From Octopus vulgaris (Eukaryota): a stretch of DNA of 64,000 bases. Positions within the stretch are counted from its first letter, which is position 1, and every line of letters starts with the position of its first letter. Where the stretch lies: contig OX597816.1 of the NCBI GenBank assembly GCA_951406725.2, forward strand, positions 135,222,001 through 135,286,000, read 5' to 3'. The notes under the pieces were generated by a model. It had not been told where the DNA came from and searched no databases. It saw only the letters and a program-made list of their open reading frames with translations. Positions 13,649 through 25,508 of the stretch are shown piece by piece. Made by a program: the position numbers and the translations under genes.

Positions 13649-13943
13649 GCGCATAACTCAGTGGTTAGAGTGTCGGACTCACAATCATGAGGTAATGAGT
13701 TCGACGCAAGACACCTTATTTCATGTTGCTCCAGTTCATTCAGCTGTAGAATTGAGTGGCGACGTCACTAGAGCCAAGCTGTATTTCCTTTTGGCTTAGA
13801 TAACATCAGTGGCGTGAAGAAGGGAGGCTGGTATGCATGGGCGACTGCTGGTCTTCCATAAAGTGTTGTCTGGACTTGTGCTTCAGAGGTAACTTTCTAG
13901 GTGCAATCTCATGGTCATTCATGACCGAAGGGGGTCTTTACCT
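13649..13943 (+). mobile_element. tRNA-derived SINE family C
   Basis: ggcgcataactcagtggttagag A-box and gagttcgac B-box; body closely matches 39408-39712. Confidence 0.8.
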
Positions 13944-15519
13944 TTATATGCTGGCATTGGTTGGATGGTTTAACCAGGACTGGTAAGCTGAAGGTCTGCA
14001 CCAGACTCTGGTCTGATTTGACATGGATTCTATGGCTGGATGTCCTTCCCAATGCCAACCACTTCGAGAGTGTAATGGGTGCTTTTACTTGCCACTGGCG
14101 CATGTGCCAGTTGCATGACATCAGTATCCACCACGACTACAATTTCACTTGGCTTGATGGGTCTTCTACTCAAGCATGGCATATTGCCAAAAGTCTCGGT
14201 CATTTTTCATTGCCTCCGTGAGTCCCAGTGGTGGCAATGACAAATGTCAGAGACCTTTAGCTGCCTCGGATGCTGCTTCACTCTCAGGTGAACTAATAGA
14301 CACTTGTAGAAGGAAAAGTAGGAAGGGTCAGAGTAATTTTCTTGACCTACACATGAATCTATAAGGAAGGGAAGAGAAAATGGAGATAAATAAATTGCAT
14401 GCTGAGCAAACAACTTTGTTAGTGAAGATTGCATTTCATCAAACAGAACTGTTTAGTTACAGGTATTCAAGAAGCTGTTACTCAATATCTTTAGAATTGC
14501 AGATTGGGCTATAGCCACTGGACTGCAGTGTGTTAGGTATCAAAAATATTATTTTCTTAGGTATGTTAAGGCCTATTACATAAAACTGTGTACATGACAC
14601 CAGCAAATACATAATTTAATCTATACATTATCCATGCTGGTGAAAAATTAGTTGTAAAGATGTCAGTTTAATTCCTAAATTTTATGTTTAAAATATTTTA
14701 AATGTAAATTTTCTTTTTAGTATGCATAGTTTTGATATAACCCTATATTTCTGTGATACATTATTTAAAATCTATTTTTTTCCATGCTTGTATTTGTAGA
14801 CGAGCTTTTGTTGCAGCAATTGTTTTTATAACTGTATACTCTTCTTACTGCCAACCAGTAACCTGTGAATTCAGGAATGGAACCTATGTAAATATGGATG
14901 GGGAACTGAATTTCATTGACCACATTACTTAATTGTTATCTTTTGATGGTAATGTGAATATTGTTGTCAGTTTAAATGAAAATTCAATTTCATACTGTAT
15001 TGTAAACTATCCTCATTGGTTGATATTTAACATTCATATCATTGATAAAATGTCTGAAGTTTTGAAATGAATTATCTATAAGAGTTAGTAACCTGAAAAA
15101 TTATCGTTTTAATAAATATGATATTGATATATTTTAATTAGACTTGACATCAATTTTTGTTGAAAATGAATAGAGCTGATTGAAGCACTGTGTGCATATT
15201 ATTGATAATTTAATTTATTAGCCTTAACGAATGAAAGCTAAAGTAACTCCGAGAATTAAATAGCAAACTAGAAAAGTTAAATCATTCAGTTTAGTTTTCA
15301 TTGTCTTGACTGATACTACCACTCTAAAGTGGTTTTCCTATTAAAGTTCACTAGGACCGAATTCAGTGCATTTTTCTTTATCCCTCTCAGATTCATAACA
15401 TCCATTATTACTCCACTTTCAGTCAATAAGCTTAATCTATACATTTCCTTTTAAAATGATTCAATAACAAGGTTTACTGAATAGCTAGTTATTTGTTGTG
15501 TTTACAAGTATTACTAGTT

Positions 15520-15985
15520 ATAATAATAATAATAAACATTGTGTACAGTGCTCAGGTGCACTACAACTCATCTAAAGTGCATATATAATCAGGTGTAGTT
15601 TCGACGGATTTCGGAAAGCATGAGGGCCTTAAAGGATGCAGTGTCATGGCAGTCAACAACTGACGCAGGCAGTTTATTCCATGCTTCAGCAACTCTGAGC
15701 GTGAAGAAATGTTTCCGAAAGTCATGGGAGCTGTGTTGTTTTCTGACTTTGTAGGCATGTCCACGTGTGTTAGACACATGGAGATCAAAAAGGTGTTCAG
15801 TGTTGTTATTGGTGAGGCGGTTGACAATTTTGTGGGCTTTTACCAAGTCCGTCGCCAGATGCCAGAGCTTCAGTGAATCCATGCCCAGGGAAACAAGGTG
15901 CTCAGAATATGGTAGGTGTCTGATGGAGGGTATGCGTTTGGTTGCACGTCTCTGAACAGATTCCAGGAGGTCAATGTTCTGAGTT
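15520..15985 (-). mobile_element. CR1/L2-group LINE 3' end
   Basis: LLESVQRRATKRIP...TRGHAYK...FFTLRVAEAWNKLP (CR1-group C-terminus) followed by a (TAT)n tail. Confidence 0.85.
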
Positions 15986-16454
15986 ACCATAACCTTCAAT
16001 GTAATTAATGTCAGAGTCTACAATTTGAACAGCCATTGTCACTATCACATATTTTGCTGTCAAATGTTAACAGTTATACACATCGTTTTCACTAATGATA
16101 AAAGGCATTCAAACTATTGACCATCCATTTTTTTATTTGTAAATAATGTAACCCAGACTACACTGAGCAAAGTGTACTTATTTTAGATTGTTAGATATAA
16201 GATTGATATGGCTTCTGTTTCTAGCAAGTCCATTGACCATATAGAGACTCCCTCATTAGCTCTAGTTATACATGTATCAGTTGTATTATAACTTTCTGTT
16301 TATATTTTAATTCTAACCAGACTACTCAGCTACTTCTCTCTTTAGAGCCCCAGTTTAATATAGTCGTCAATTATAAGGAATCTAATTGATGGATAATAAA
16401 ATTAATTTTATGAATACATTCTATCTTCCTTTGGTATTTGTTTCAAATTTTCAG

Positions 16455-16587
16455 AGTTTGCAAAAGTTGGAATTTTGTTGCTGAGCAGATAAAGAGAAAA
16501 CGTCAGAAGCTTAGCTGGAATTTTTATGTCTGTGAAGAAGATGAGAACAATGATATGCTTGCAACAGAGATCAGAAACTTATTTCAA
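16455..16587 (+). CDS. FBXO22: FBXO22 exon 2
   Basis: tttcag|A GTT TGC AAA AGT TGG (VCKSW)...CAA|gtaagt; phases 2-0 consistent. Confidence 0.9.
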
Positions 16588-16848
16588 GTAAGTGTAAAAC
16601 TGTTGATGGTAATGACAGAGCACAAAACTATTATACAGGGTAAATAAATTAAATTTTTCTCTACAATCTGTAATTCACTTTGGAATGAGCAGCTAACCAT
16701 AAAACCTCCCCATTAATTGATCCCAGGGAATTTTTCATCTCTCTGAGAGTTGATAAAAATTAAGTACCAGTAAGTACTAGGGATGATACCATAGATTGCT
16801 CCCCGTCCCCTCAAAATTGTTGACCTTGTAACTAAATCAGAAACACTA

Positions 16849-17013
16849 GGCGCAGGAGTGGCTGTGTGGTAAGTAGCTTGTTTACCAACCACATGGTTCC
16901 GGGTTCAGTCCCACTGCGTGGCACCTTGGGTAAGTGTCTTCTACTATAGCTTCGGGCCGACCAAAGCCTTGTGAGTGGATTTGGTAGACGGAAACCGAAA
17001 GAAGCCTATCATA

Positions 17014-17056
<43 letters not shown>

Positions 17057-17254
17057 CTGTGTTTATCCCCCTAGCATTGCTTGACAACCGATGCTGGTGT
17101 GTTTATGTCCCCGTTACTTAGCGGTTCGGCAAATGAGACCGATAAAATAAGTACTGGGCTTACAAAAGAATAAGTCCTGGGGTCGATTTGCTCGATTAAA
17201 GGCAGTGCTTCAGCATGGCCGCAGTCAAATGACTGAAACAAGTAAAAGAGAGAG
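16849..17254 (+). mobile_element. tRNA-derived SINE family B with internal (TA)n/(TG)n tract
   Basis: tggctgtgtggtaag A-box, gggttcagtcc B-box; related copies at 46868-47335 (-), 47477-47705 (+), 52580-52863 (-), 7740-7940, 18578-18640, 20420-20520, 24270-24390, 54315-54460. Confidence 0.85.
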
Positions 17255-17368
17255 TATTCTTTAGCTTCTATAGGTTTTGACCTTTTAATTTTTTTTAAAG
17301 CCAGACATTGACTAGACATAGGAGTTATAGTTTGTTATTAACACAATAAAACAATAATATAAGAACTA

Positions 17369-18570
17369 TCAGGTCATTAAGAGTGAAATGTCCAATTTTG
17401 AACTGAAAGTTTATTTTACTTTATCTCAACAAAAAGCAATGCAGTATGCGCCTAAATTATCAACACAATTTTGCCATTTTATCAGTAGCTTATTTATACC
17501 GGCAGCGAAGAATTCTGGAGGACAAGAGTTGATGAAATCATGAAAGGCCGTTTTTGCATCTTCTTCAGATTTGAAGTTTTTTCCTTGCAAAATGTTGTCT
17601 AATTCCTGGAAAATATGATAATCAGTTGGTGCAAGGTCTGGTGGACATGGTGGATGTAACTTGAGTAGCGTTCTTTGTGCAACATGTGGAAAAGAATTAT
17701 CCTGTCTCTATTGACCAATCTCAGTTGTTTAATTGCAAGTTCACAGTTTATCCAAGTGGTTGATGTATACATCTGTTGTAATTCACTTACCAGGTTTCAT
17801 GAAGCAGTAGTGGATGACACCATCACTGGACCACCAAACAGATGCCATTAGCTTTTTTTGGTGAATATTCTTTTTTGGATTGTGTTTTGGCACTTCATCT
17901 CTATCCAACCACTGTGCAGAATGTTTGCTATTGTTGAAAAGAATCCATTTTTCATCACATAACAATATGATGCTAAAATGGTTTGCTTTTATGCCGTGAC
18001 AGCAAAGAACAGCAAGTTTCAAGATGACGTGTCATTTGATGCTTGTTTAGTTTGTGTGGTACCCACTTGTCCAGCTTCTTTACCTTGCCGATTTGTTTTA
18101 GACGGTCCAATATAGTTGGAATCGAAACATCCAACCTTGCTGCTACTCACGCATAGTTTGAGATGTATCCACTTCCACTGCAGTATCCAGCACATCATTA
18201 TCGACCTTGGTCTCAGGTCTGACACGGGGCTGATTTTCAAGAGTAAAGTCACCAGACCAGAACTTCTCAAACCATCGACGTACAGTGCACTCATTCGCCA
18301 CATCTTCATCAAACACCTCATTGATGTTTCAAGCTGTCTGGGATGCATTGGTTCCATGACGGAACTTATATTCATAAACTACATCAATCTTTTGTCTATC
18401 CATGGGTTCACAAAAATTGATTTTCAAGAGAAAGCTCAATGTTTTAAAATATGTAATGATACTTGGAATAATGTAATTCTAGTTGCCCCTAAGAAGACTA
18501 GTTAAAACTGGAATATCTTTAACCAATAGATCTCAAGGCTAATAATGCAGTATTCTTTGTTCTAACAAGA
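17369..18570 (-). mobile_element. second mariner transposon, degenerate, one TIR not found
   Basis: TA+tcaggtcattaagagtgaaatgtcc end; transposase remnants CDEKWILFNN, KKLMASVWWS, HPPCPPDLAPTDYH; different subfamily from 8013-9261. Confidence 0.85.
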
Positions 18571-19899
18571 CGCGGTTGGACTGAACCTGGAATCATGTGG
18601 TTGGAAAGCAAGCTTCTTACCACACAGCTATGCCTGCACTTGTGTGTGTGTGTGTATACACACACACACACACACATATTTATATATCTATATACACATG
18701 CACATATATTTAAATAGCTCACAGATGAGATCCAAAGGTTTACCATACAGAAGACACTGAGTAGTACTCAAAAGATTCAAACTTAGACTCCAATGCCTTT
18801 ACAGGGGATCATTCCATAAAGTAAAGAAAGGCTATAAGAGGGAACGAGTTGAGTGGGTATAGTGGCAATTATTTGGATGAACAAATTAGACACATCAATT
18901 ATATTAAAAACTTTAAATACATCAAATGCAAAATATGTATATACGATGATGATGTATACATGCAAAACGAGAGAAAGCAAAAGGTGGAAACTTTCAAATG
19001 ATGAACTTTTATGTATAAATATACAGATATTTATATTAATACGTCCATCCTACACAGAGTACAAATAACAGAAAATTAATTTTCCCTATAAATGACACTC
19101 ATGTTGTAAATGACAAAATAGTTTTCCTCAACATCTTTGTGGTACACATCAGCTAATTGTTTCTCTATTTGTACATCATATCATTGTACTGAATAAGTTA
19201 CCATCATTACCAGCTTCCTCATAATAGTGTCTTATCCACCCTGTAGAAATATTTGACAATCTAAATATATACAAAAAAAACACAGGATGTATGTCTGTCA
19301 TGTTGTTAAAACTTGAGATCCACCAAACCGATTTTAATGAAATTTTACACATGCATTACATGGAGTGTCATGGGCTCAAAAAATTAGCAACTTCTCACCT
19401 AATGTGGGCCTAGATGCAGATAAACTGCATTTTTTAAAGCATTTTTGCAGTGTTAAGGCCCTTAACTTGAAGAGTATCCAGTTGCTTTCCTCCAAATTTG
19501 CAATAAACATTAATCAGGTTCCTCGAATTGCTGTTGACTAAAAGAAAATTCCAACACCGACTGTGTCCCCTCCCCCCACAGATTAATCAGATTTGAGTTT
19601 ACTGCACTGGGTTTTATCTTTGATTTAGGCCATTTTCCAGCGATAAAATATTGACACTACTTATGCATTATAAGTAACATGTAATATTTCACGAAAACCT
19701 TTTTGTCCAATTTGGCAGAGGAAATGAAAACATTAAAATTTTTGTTGGTGCCCTGTTGATGCTTCATGTTACTATCCTGCGCACTACTGGGCCATGTGCA
19801 TGTGTGTGTGCAGCTGGGTAGAGGCACAACAAACCATTCATCCATTCTCCAGAAGTACCCGGCAGCATGTCTCATCCATGTCTGAACTATATAATGCAA

Positions 19900-20288
19900 A
19901 ATGTTCATTCAAAAATCAAACTGCTATTGTGACTGTTTATTTTATTTTCATTCCTGTTGGACCCCTCTTTTATGTCCATGACAGCTTTTTTTCAATTTGG
20001 CAGCAATCATTTTCTTTACCTCCATCCTTAAGATGGAGCAATCATTTAGCTGAGCTTAAAGAACACATTCAGTCAGCAGTGCAGGAGCTAACACCTGAAA
20101 TGCTTCAAAATGTGCTTCACAACTCTAAGGAGAGATTTGAAGCATGCAGGGATACAGACATGCTGAAAATTTTCAATAAAAGTTTGATGTAAGATTTATA
20201 AATCTTTTTGTTTTGGCAATAAACATAAAATTCTGTCAGTTTTTTAAAAATTTCATTGAAACAGAGAGTTAATTCTGGAACACCCTGT
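19900..20288 (+). mobile_element. Tc1/mariner-superfamily transposon 3' remnant
   Basis: LAELKEHIQSAVQELTPEMLQNVLHNSKERFEAC resembles Tc1-type transposase C-termini; ends ttctggaacaccctg+TA. Confidence 0.6.
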
Positions 20289-20862
20289 ATGGTGTAGCAT
20301 TGTTAGTTGTTGTGTTGCTCAAGTAAATATTAAGATCAAAGGTCTTGCTGTAAGCATGCCATCTTTTTATTAAGCATTTTGTATCAAGGGGTATATTATC
20401 CAAAATGTATCTCTCCTTTATAGGGGTGGCTGTGTGGTTGAGAAGTTTGCTTTCCAACCATGTCACCTTGAGTTCAGTCCCAATTCTCTCATTACAGCTC
20501 TGTGCCAACCAAAGCCTTGTGTATTATATAATTGCCATTACTGTATTGATGTATAAAATAACATCTCACTTATTATTGTCATATAATAAACAAACAGAAG
20601 TTTGTGTATGAAATTGATCTTTTTCTACTTCAATTATTTCATGTTTTTTTCTTATAAAATACACACTTACAGGAGGAGTAAATCTCTCTCTATATATATA
20701 TATAATAACACTTTGAATGTGACTCCCAAAAAAGAGTAGAAGTAATTACCCGATCAACAATGGGTATTATTGCCAGTATATAAATATAGAAGAACAGTTG
20801 GTAAATTTTATTATCATACATACTGTAAATAATGTTTTTTACCATTTTCCTCTTTCTTTCAG

Positions 20863-21061
20863 GAGATATGGCATGAACCGGTTAACTTCATTGGCTTCTG
20901 TTCATCAACTTTATTTGACGAGCCACTCAAAATCCCAAGCAATCACATGACCCGCTTCCATAGAACTGCTAAACGTATGCGTTTGGATATTGGTAACTTT
21001 CTAAAGCAATTATTACCCAGTTTTTGTAATTTTCTTGCTATATCTGCTGATGGTGTTGTAG
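20863..21061 (+). CDS. FBXO22: FBXO22 exon 3
   Basis: ctttcag|GAG...GTA G|gtgagt; open 199 nt, EIWHEP...LLPSFCNFLAISADGVVG; phases 0-1; absent from the ORF track. Confidence 0.87.
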
Positions 21062-21098
21062 GTGAGTAAAGCAATTATTATCTAAATTAGCTCATTAA

Positions 21099-22307
21099 CT
21101 CTTTTACTGCAGAAATCAGATATTACACTTCTATATTTAAGAGATGAGGAATTATGTACGTTATTTACATTATTTGCAATTGATGGATATTTGTCCTCCA
21201 GCCTTCATCAGGTGTCTTGGGGAAATTTCGAACCTGGGTTTTCATTCCTAAGGTATTTTTCGATGTTATTATTATTATTCAAAAGCATACTCTCCACTCC
21301 AGTTATGAAGAAAAGAGAGGATGAAACCGGTAAACTGTCCACAGTCTGTTTACCCTATGTGAAAGGCCTCTCCGAAAAGATACAAAAGATATGCGGGCCA
21401 TATGTCATCAGGACAATATTCAAAAGTAATACAACACTTCGCAAATATCTCCTTCGAGTAAAACCACCAATAGAAGAGAATATGACCAAGAACTGCATGT
21501 ACTTCATCCCATGCAGCTGTAATAGGTTATACAAAGGCGAAACATGCCGTCCCCTCAAAGTAAGGGTAGAGGAACATCACAGAGCTGTGACACGGGAAGA
21601 TATTGGTAAATCGGGTATAGCTGATCATGTATGGAAAAACGGAGACCACCTGTGGGATGAAGTTAAAATAATAGACAGAAAACACCACTGGAAAATATGA
21701 AAACCAAAAGAAACAGCACATATGCTAGAATACAACAACATCCTAAGCAGACTGAGTGCAGATATGAATAGCATATGGGAACCGGTATTAAGTAAGGATA
21801 GGAGAATATTAGATTTATAAGCCCTAAAATTCACTCCATAATTGCCCACGGGCATATGGTGTAGTGGTTAAAAGCATGGGCTGCTAACCCCAAGATTCCG
21901 AGTTCAACTCCAGGCAGTGACCTGAATAATAATAATAATAACATCGAAAAATACCTTAGGAATGAGAACCCAGGTTTGAAATTTCCCCAAGATAACTGAT
22001 GAAGGCTGGAGGGTCTATCAGCCGAAACGTGTTAACAACAAACAAGATGAGGACAAGTATCCATCAATAAATAATGTAAATGAAATCAGATATATCCACT
22101 CAAAATTTCATTTCCCTTAATTGCAGAAAGCAGTTTTGTATACCAATCTTTTATATTTTGGAATGTCATATTTGAAACTAATTTTGTTGAGATATGTCAA
22201 GTTTATTGAGACAGTGTGACTTGCAGAAAATATAAATTCTATTTTTTGGTAGATAGTTAACATTCATTACTGGAATAAACATGAAATTTAATTTTGCAGT
22301 GAAAGGG
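21099..22307. mobile_element. TTAA-type (piggyBac-like) MITE interrupted by the Penelope insertion
   Basis: ttaa+ctcttttactgca ... tgcagtgaaaggg+tttaa imperfect TIRs. Confidence 0.55.
21124..22081 (+). mobile_element. 5'-truncated Penelope-like retroelement: GIY-YIG endonuclease end, tRNA-like segment, pLTR with hammerhead-like motif, inverted 5' pLTR copy
   Basis: CLPYVKGLSEKI...CMYFIPCSCNRLYKGETCRPLKVRVEEH...SGIADH (PLE GIY-YIG); most of 21124-21281 is the reverse complement of 21923-22081; 12-bp TSD gaaatcagatat at 21112-21123 and 22082-22093. Confidence 0.9.
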
Positions 22308-22397
22308 TTTAATGCTTTCATGACTTGTTTTTTATTTATTTTTTTAAAATTCGTTTATTGCTATCAAATTTCTTCTGTTGTCTTTTGTCTTACATAG

Positions 22398-22722
22398 GAA
22401 CAAATTCTGAAGCCAACAAATCATTTGAGATTGAAAATAAAAAATCCTTGTCTTTCCTACTTATTCCTAAACTGGAAAATTTACAAATTCACAGTTTTAC
22501 TATTGACATCCACACATATACCACACAGGTCGATGATATTTTAGGACCAGGAACTAATCACATTCCTGAAGATGTAAAAGCTATTCTGTATTTTTGCAAT
22601 GAACCCCTCTGTCCACCAGATATAGGCTACACATTAATGCAATACTTCCCTGAATCTGTTCTTGTTGGAGGATTTGTTGATAATCTGATTTGTCCTCAGA
22701 AATGTTTAAATGATTCTGGAGG
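22398..22722 (+). CDS. FBXO22: FBXO22 exon 4
   Basis: catag|GA...GG|gtgagt; EIENKKSLSFLLIPK...VLVGGFVDN (FIST-N-like); phases 1-2. Confidence 0.9.
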
Positions 22723-23037
22723 GTGAGTGATATATATTTTTTATTCCTAATTCATTTATGTTTAACCCTTTTGTTACCATATTTTCATTGAAATATACTG
22801 TTTTTGTTTGAATTAATTTTGATAATGATGAAGAATTTAGTAAAATTTAGTAGAATTTATTAAACTCAACTTTGGAATTGATCTGATTTCTTTAGTTTTA
22901 GACTATCTTGGCTACATCCTATATATATATATATATTTCAATATATCTTGTTTTAAAGAACACATCAATGCTGGATGATTAATATAACTTGTTGACAAGT
23001 ATTCTGAATTAAATTTGTTTTTCTTTTTTAATTGTAG

Positions 23038-23440
23038 TCAGTCTGATCCCTCTCTGCTCTGCATTGCATTCAGTGGTGCACGTCTGCGAGTTGCATCTGT
23101 TCTCATAGAGGAACACATCAACAGTAAAGAAGAAGTTGAAGCCAACATACGTAAGTTGAAAAACTGCAAACTTCCTGAGGAACAGAGCTTTGCTTTCATG
23201 TTCACTTGTATTGGCCGTGGATTCCATCACTATGGTGTTTCTAACGTTGAGTCAGCTGTTTTCCGACAGTTTTTCCCTAAAACTCCTCTGGTTGGATTTT
23301 TTGGAACAGGAGAAGTAGGTTTCACTCATCTTCCCAGTGAAGGAAACGTTTGTGAAAATGGTAAAGTGGACAACAATCGGACTTTACCCAAACTCTACCA
23401 TACATATACAACCATAATATGTTTACTTTCTGTAGTTTGA
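23038..23440 (+). CDS. FBXO22: FBXO22 exon 5, FIST-C domain to stop
   Basis: ttgtag|T; AFMFTCIGRG...ESAVFRQFFPKTPLVGFFGTGEVG...HTYTTII, typical FIST-C; spliced CDS 1176 nt = 391 aa + stop. Confidence 0.95.
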
Positions 23441-25298
23441 CAAAGGACCTTTTTATGAGAGATGACAATATAAAAGTATATTGATGGAGGACACATGAGG
23501 TTGTTTGTGTTTATATTTATTATATAAATGCAAGTGGATGTTTGTAAACACATGTTTAATCAGCAATTGTTTTGATAGCTTCTACATTTAATCCCTTATG
23601 AACAGGATTTTTCTAAAATATGACATCTAACAACAGTGGGCTATCAACAACTTGACTATCTATTGGTCCTTCCAATCATAAATTTGTAAGTACCAACTTC
23701 TGATTCTCCATATATGAATCTATATCTTGCTAATGGTAGTAAATTGCTACTTGTCAGAGACTAACTGCTGGGACTTAGTTACTATTATATGTTTACAGTG
23801 TGCTTATTTAAACATGTAATGTCCTTCATTAATTACAGAATGCTCAATTGGTTTGTATTTCTGATTCATGAATTAGAAATATTGCAGTATTGATGTATAT
23901 ATTATATATATTGCAATGTTGTGTGTATAGTCAGATTAGTCATGTACAATTTCTTTCTATACACTCACAGTTAAAAAAAACTGAAAAATGATACTTTTAA
24001 ATAACAGTTGTCAAAATTAAAAAGGAAATTAAAATGATGTATAAAGGTGGTTTTCAAAATCTATTTAGCATGTTTTCCTTGCCTTTTGTTTACTTTCAAT
24101 GTATAAATCGGTTATCAGATCAACTGAAGTTGATGATAAGCAAAAATGTCTTTGTGACACTTTTGTTTATCATCAACTTCAAGGCTTTTTTGTTAATGTG
24201 AAGAAAGACAATGTTCATGGGTCTTCTTAGATTGGAAGACTTGACTGAAATTACTGTAAAGGTTTCTAGCATGATTGTGTAGTCAAGTCATTTGTTTTAC
24301 AATCATGTGGTTCTGGGTTTGATCTCACTGCAGGGTAGCTTAGGCAAGTATCATCTGTCATAGTATTAGATTGATCAATGCCTTGTGAAAGGAAATTCTG
24401 TGGATGACTTGCATGTGTGTGTAGGTTTATATTTACAGGTGTATGTATGTATTTTTAAATATATATTGCTGATGTTTATTGGCAAAAAAAAGTGATAAAC
24501 CAGTACTTTTGAACAAAGTGGTATTTGTACCATCTGAGTTGTACAGATGCTTCTTTGTCACTGTCTCCATAAGAATTGCATATTGACTCATTAGAAACCA
24601 CTAAACCAACTTTAGGCACCCAATGTGATATCAAGTTAATAACGGTTGCATACTAGGGTCGATGTAATCGACTGCCCCCAAAATTTCGGGCCTTGTGTCT
24701 AGAGTAAAAAAGAATATTTTTCATATTTTTATAATGGCTCAGTCAAGCAGTGAGTTACTGCCAATCATAGATGATTTTCTTTTAGATATAATTTAGTCAC
24801 CAACATCCTACATTTAATCATAAAATATAATAATAAGATGTAACTAAAATTTTGTTGACATAACAAGACAAAGCAAATTATATAAATCTGATCAATATAA
24901 TACATCAACATGAGTAGCTTGTAGAAGGGATGAATAAAGAAAGAAAATCAGGTTTGTGCATGATGATCTTCAAGATTTATTGAATTAGGTGAAAATTTGT
25001 TAGGAATTCCAGATTTATGATTATATATAGTAAGGCTGAAATTTCTTATATATATATATAGCTGTTTCATGAATGTTAAAAAATGTCCTAATCAGAAAGT
25101 TTATAAACTTTCTGATTAGGAATACAACAGAATGTATTTGTTAACATTTCCTTGAAGAGTTTAACCATAGCTACATTTGGTTAACAGTAGAAAATGTTGG
25201 TGGAAACAGAATAGTTTAGACATGACAAGAAACACGAGAATTAGATTTATAGTCAACACACTCTTTCTCATTGATTTCAACCTGAGTGCTTTCATTAA

Positions 25299-25508
25299 CC
25301 CTTTCGTTACCAACCCGGCTCTAGCTCTTAGTACAAATGTCTTGTTTCCAAAAGTTTTTAATTAAAATCTTCCACCAAACCTTAGTCACAATTTATGTTC
25401 CTAACACTAGCTGAATGATAACTGAGCTATTTTACTAAATTCTTTGTAATATTTGAAGTAATTGAAAGAAACACAGAGCATCTCAACAGAAATACAGTAA
25501 CGAAAGGG
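25299..25508. mobile_element. piggyBac-like MITE (210 bp)
   Basis: TTAA TSD on both sides and 12-bp perfect TIR ccctttcgttac/gtaacgaaaggg; partial related copy at ~22766-22850. Confidence 0.85.

Noticed and set aside
21850-21922. Functional tRNA-Ser(GCT) gene
   Set aside because: Acceptor stem mismatched, no long variable arm, embedded in a retroelement; treated as tRNA-derived. SINE heads elsewhere were likewise not called tRNAs.
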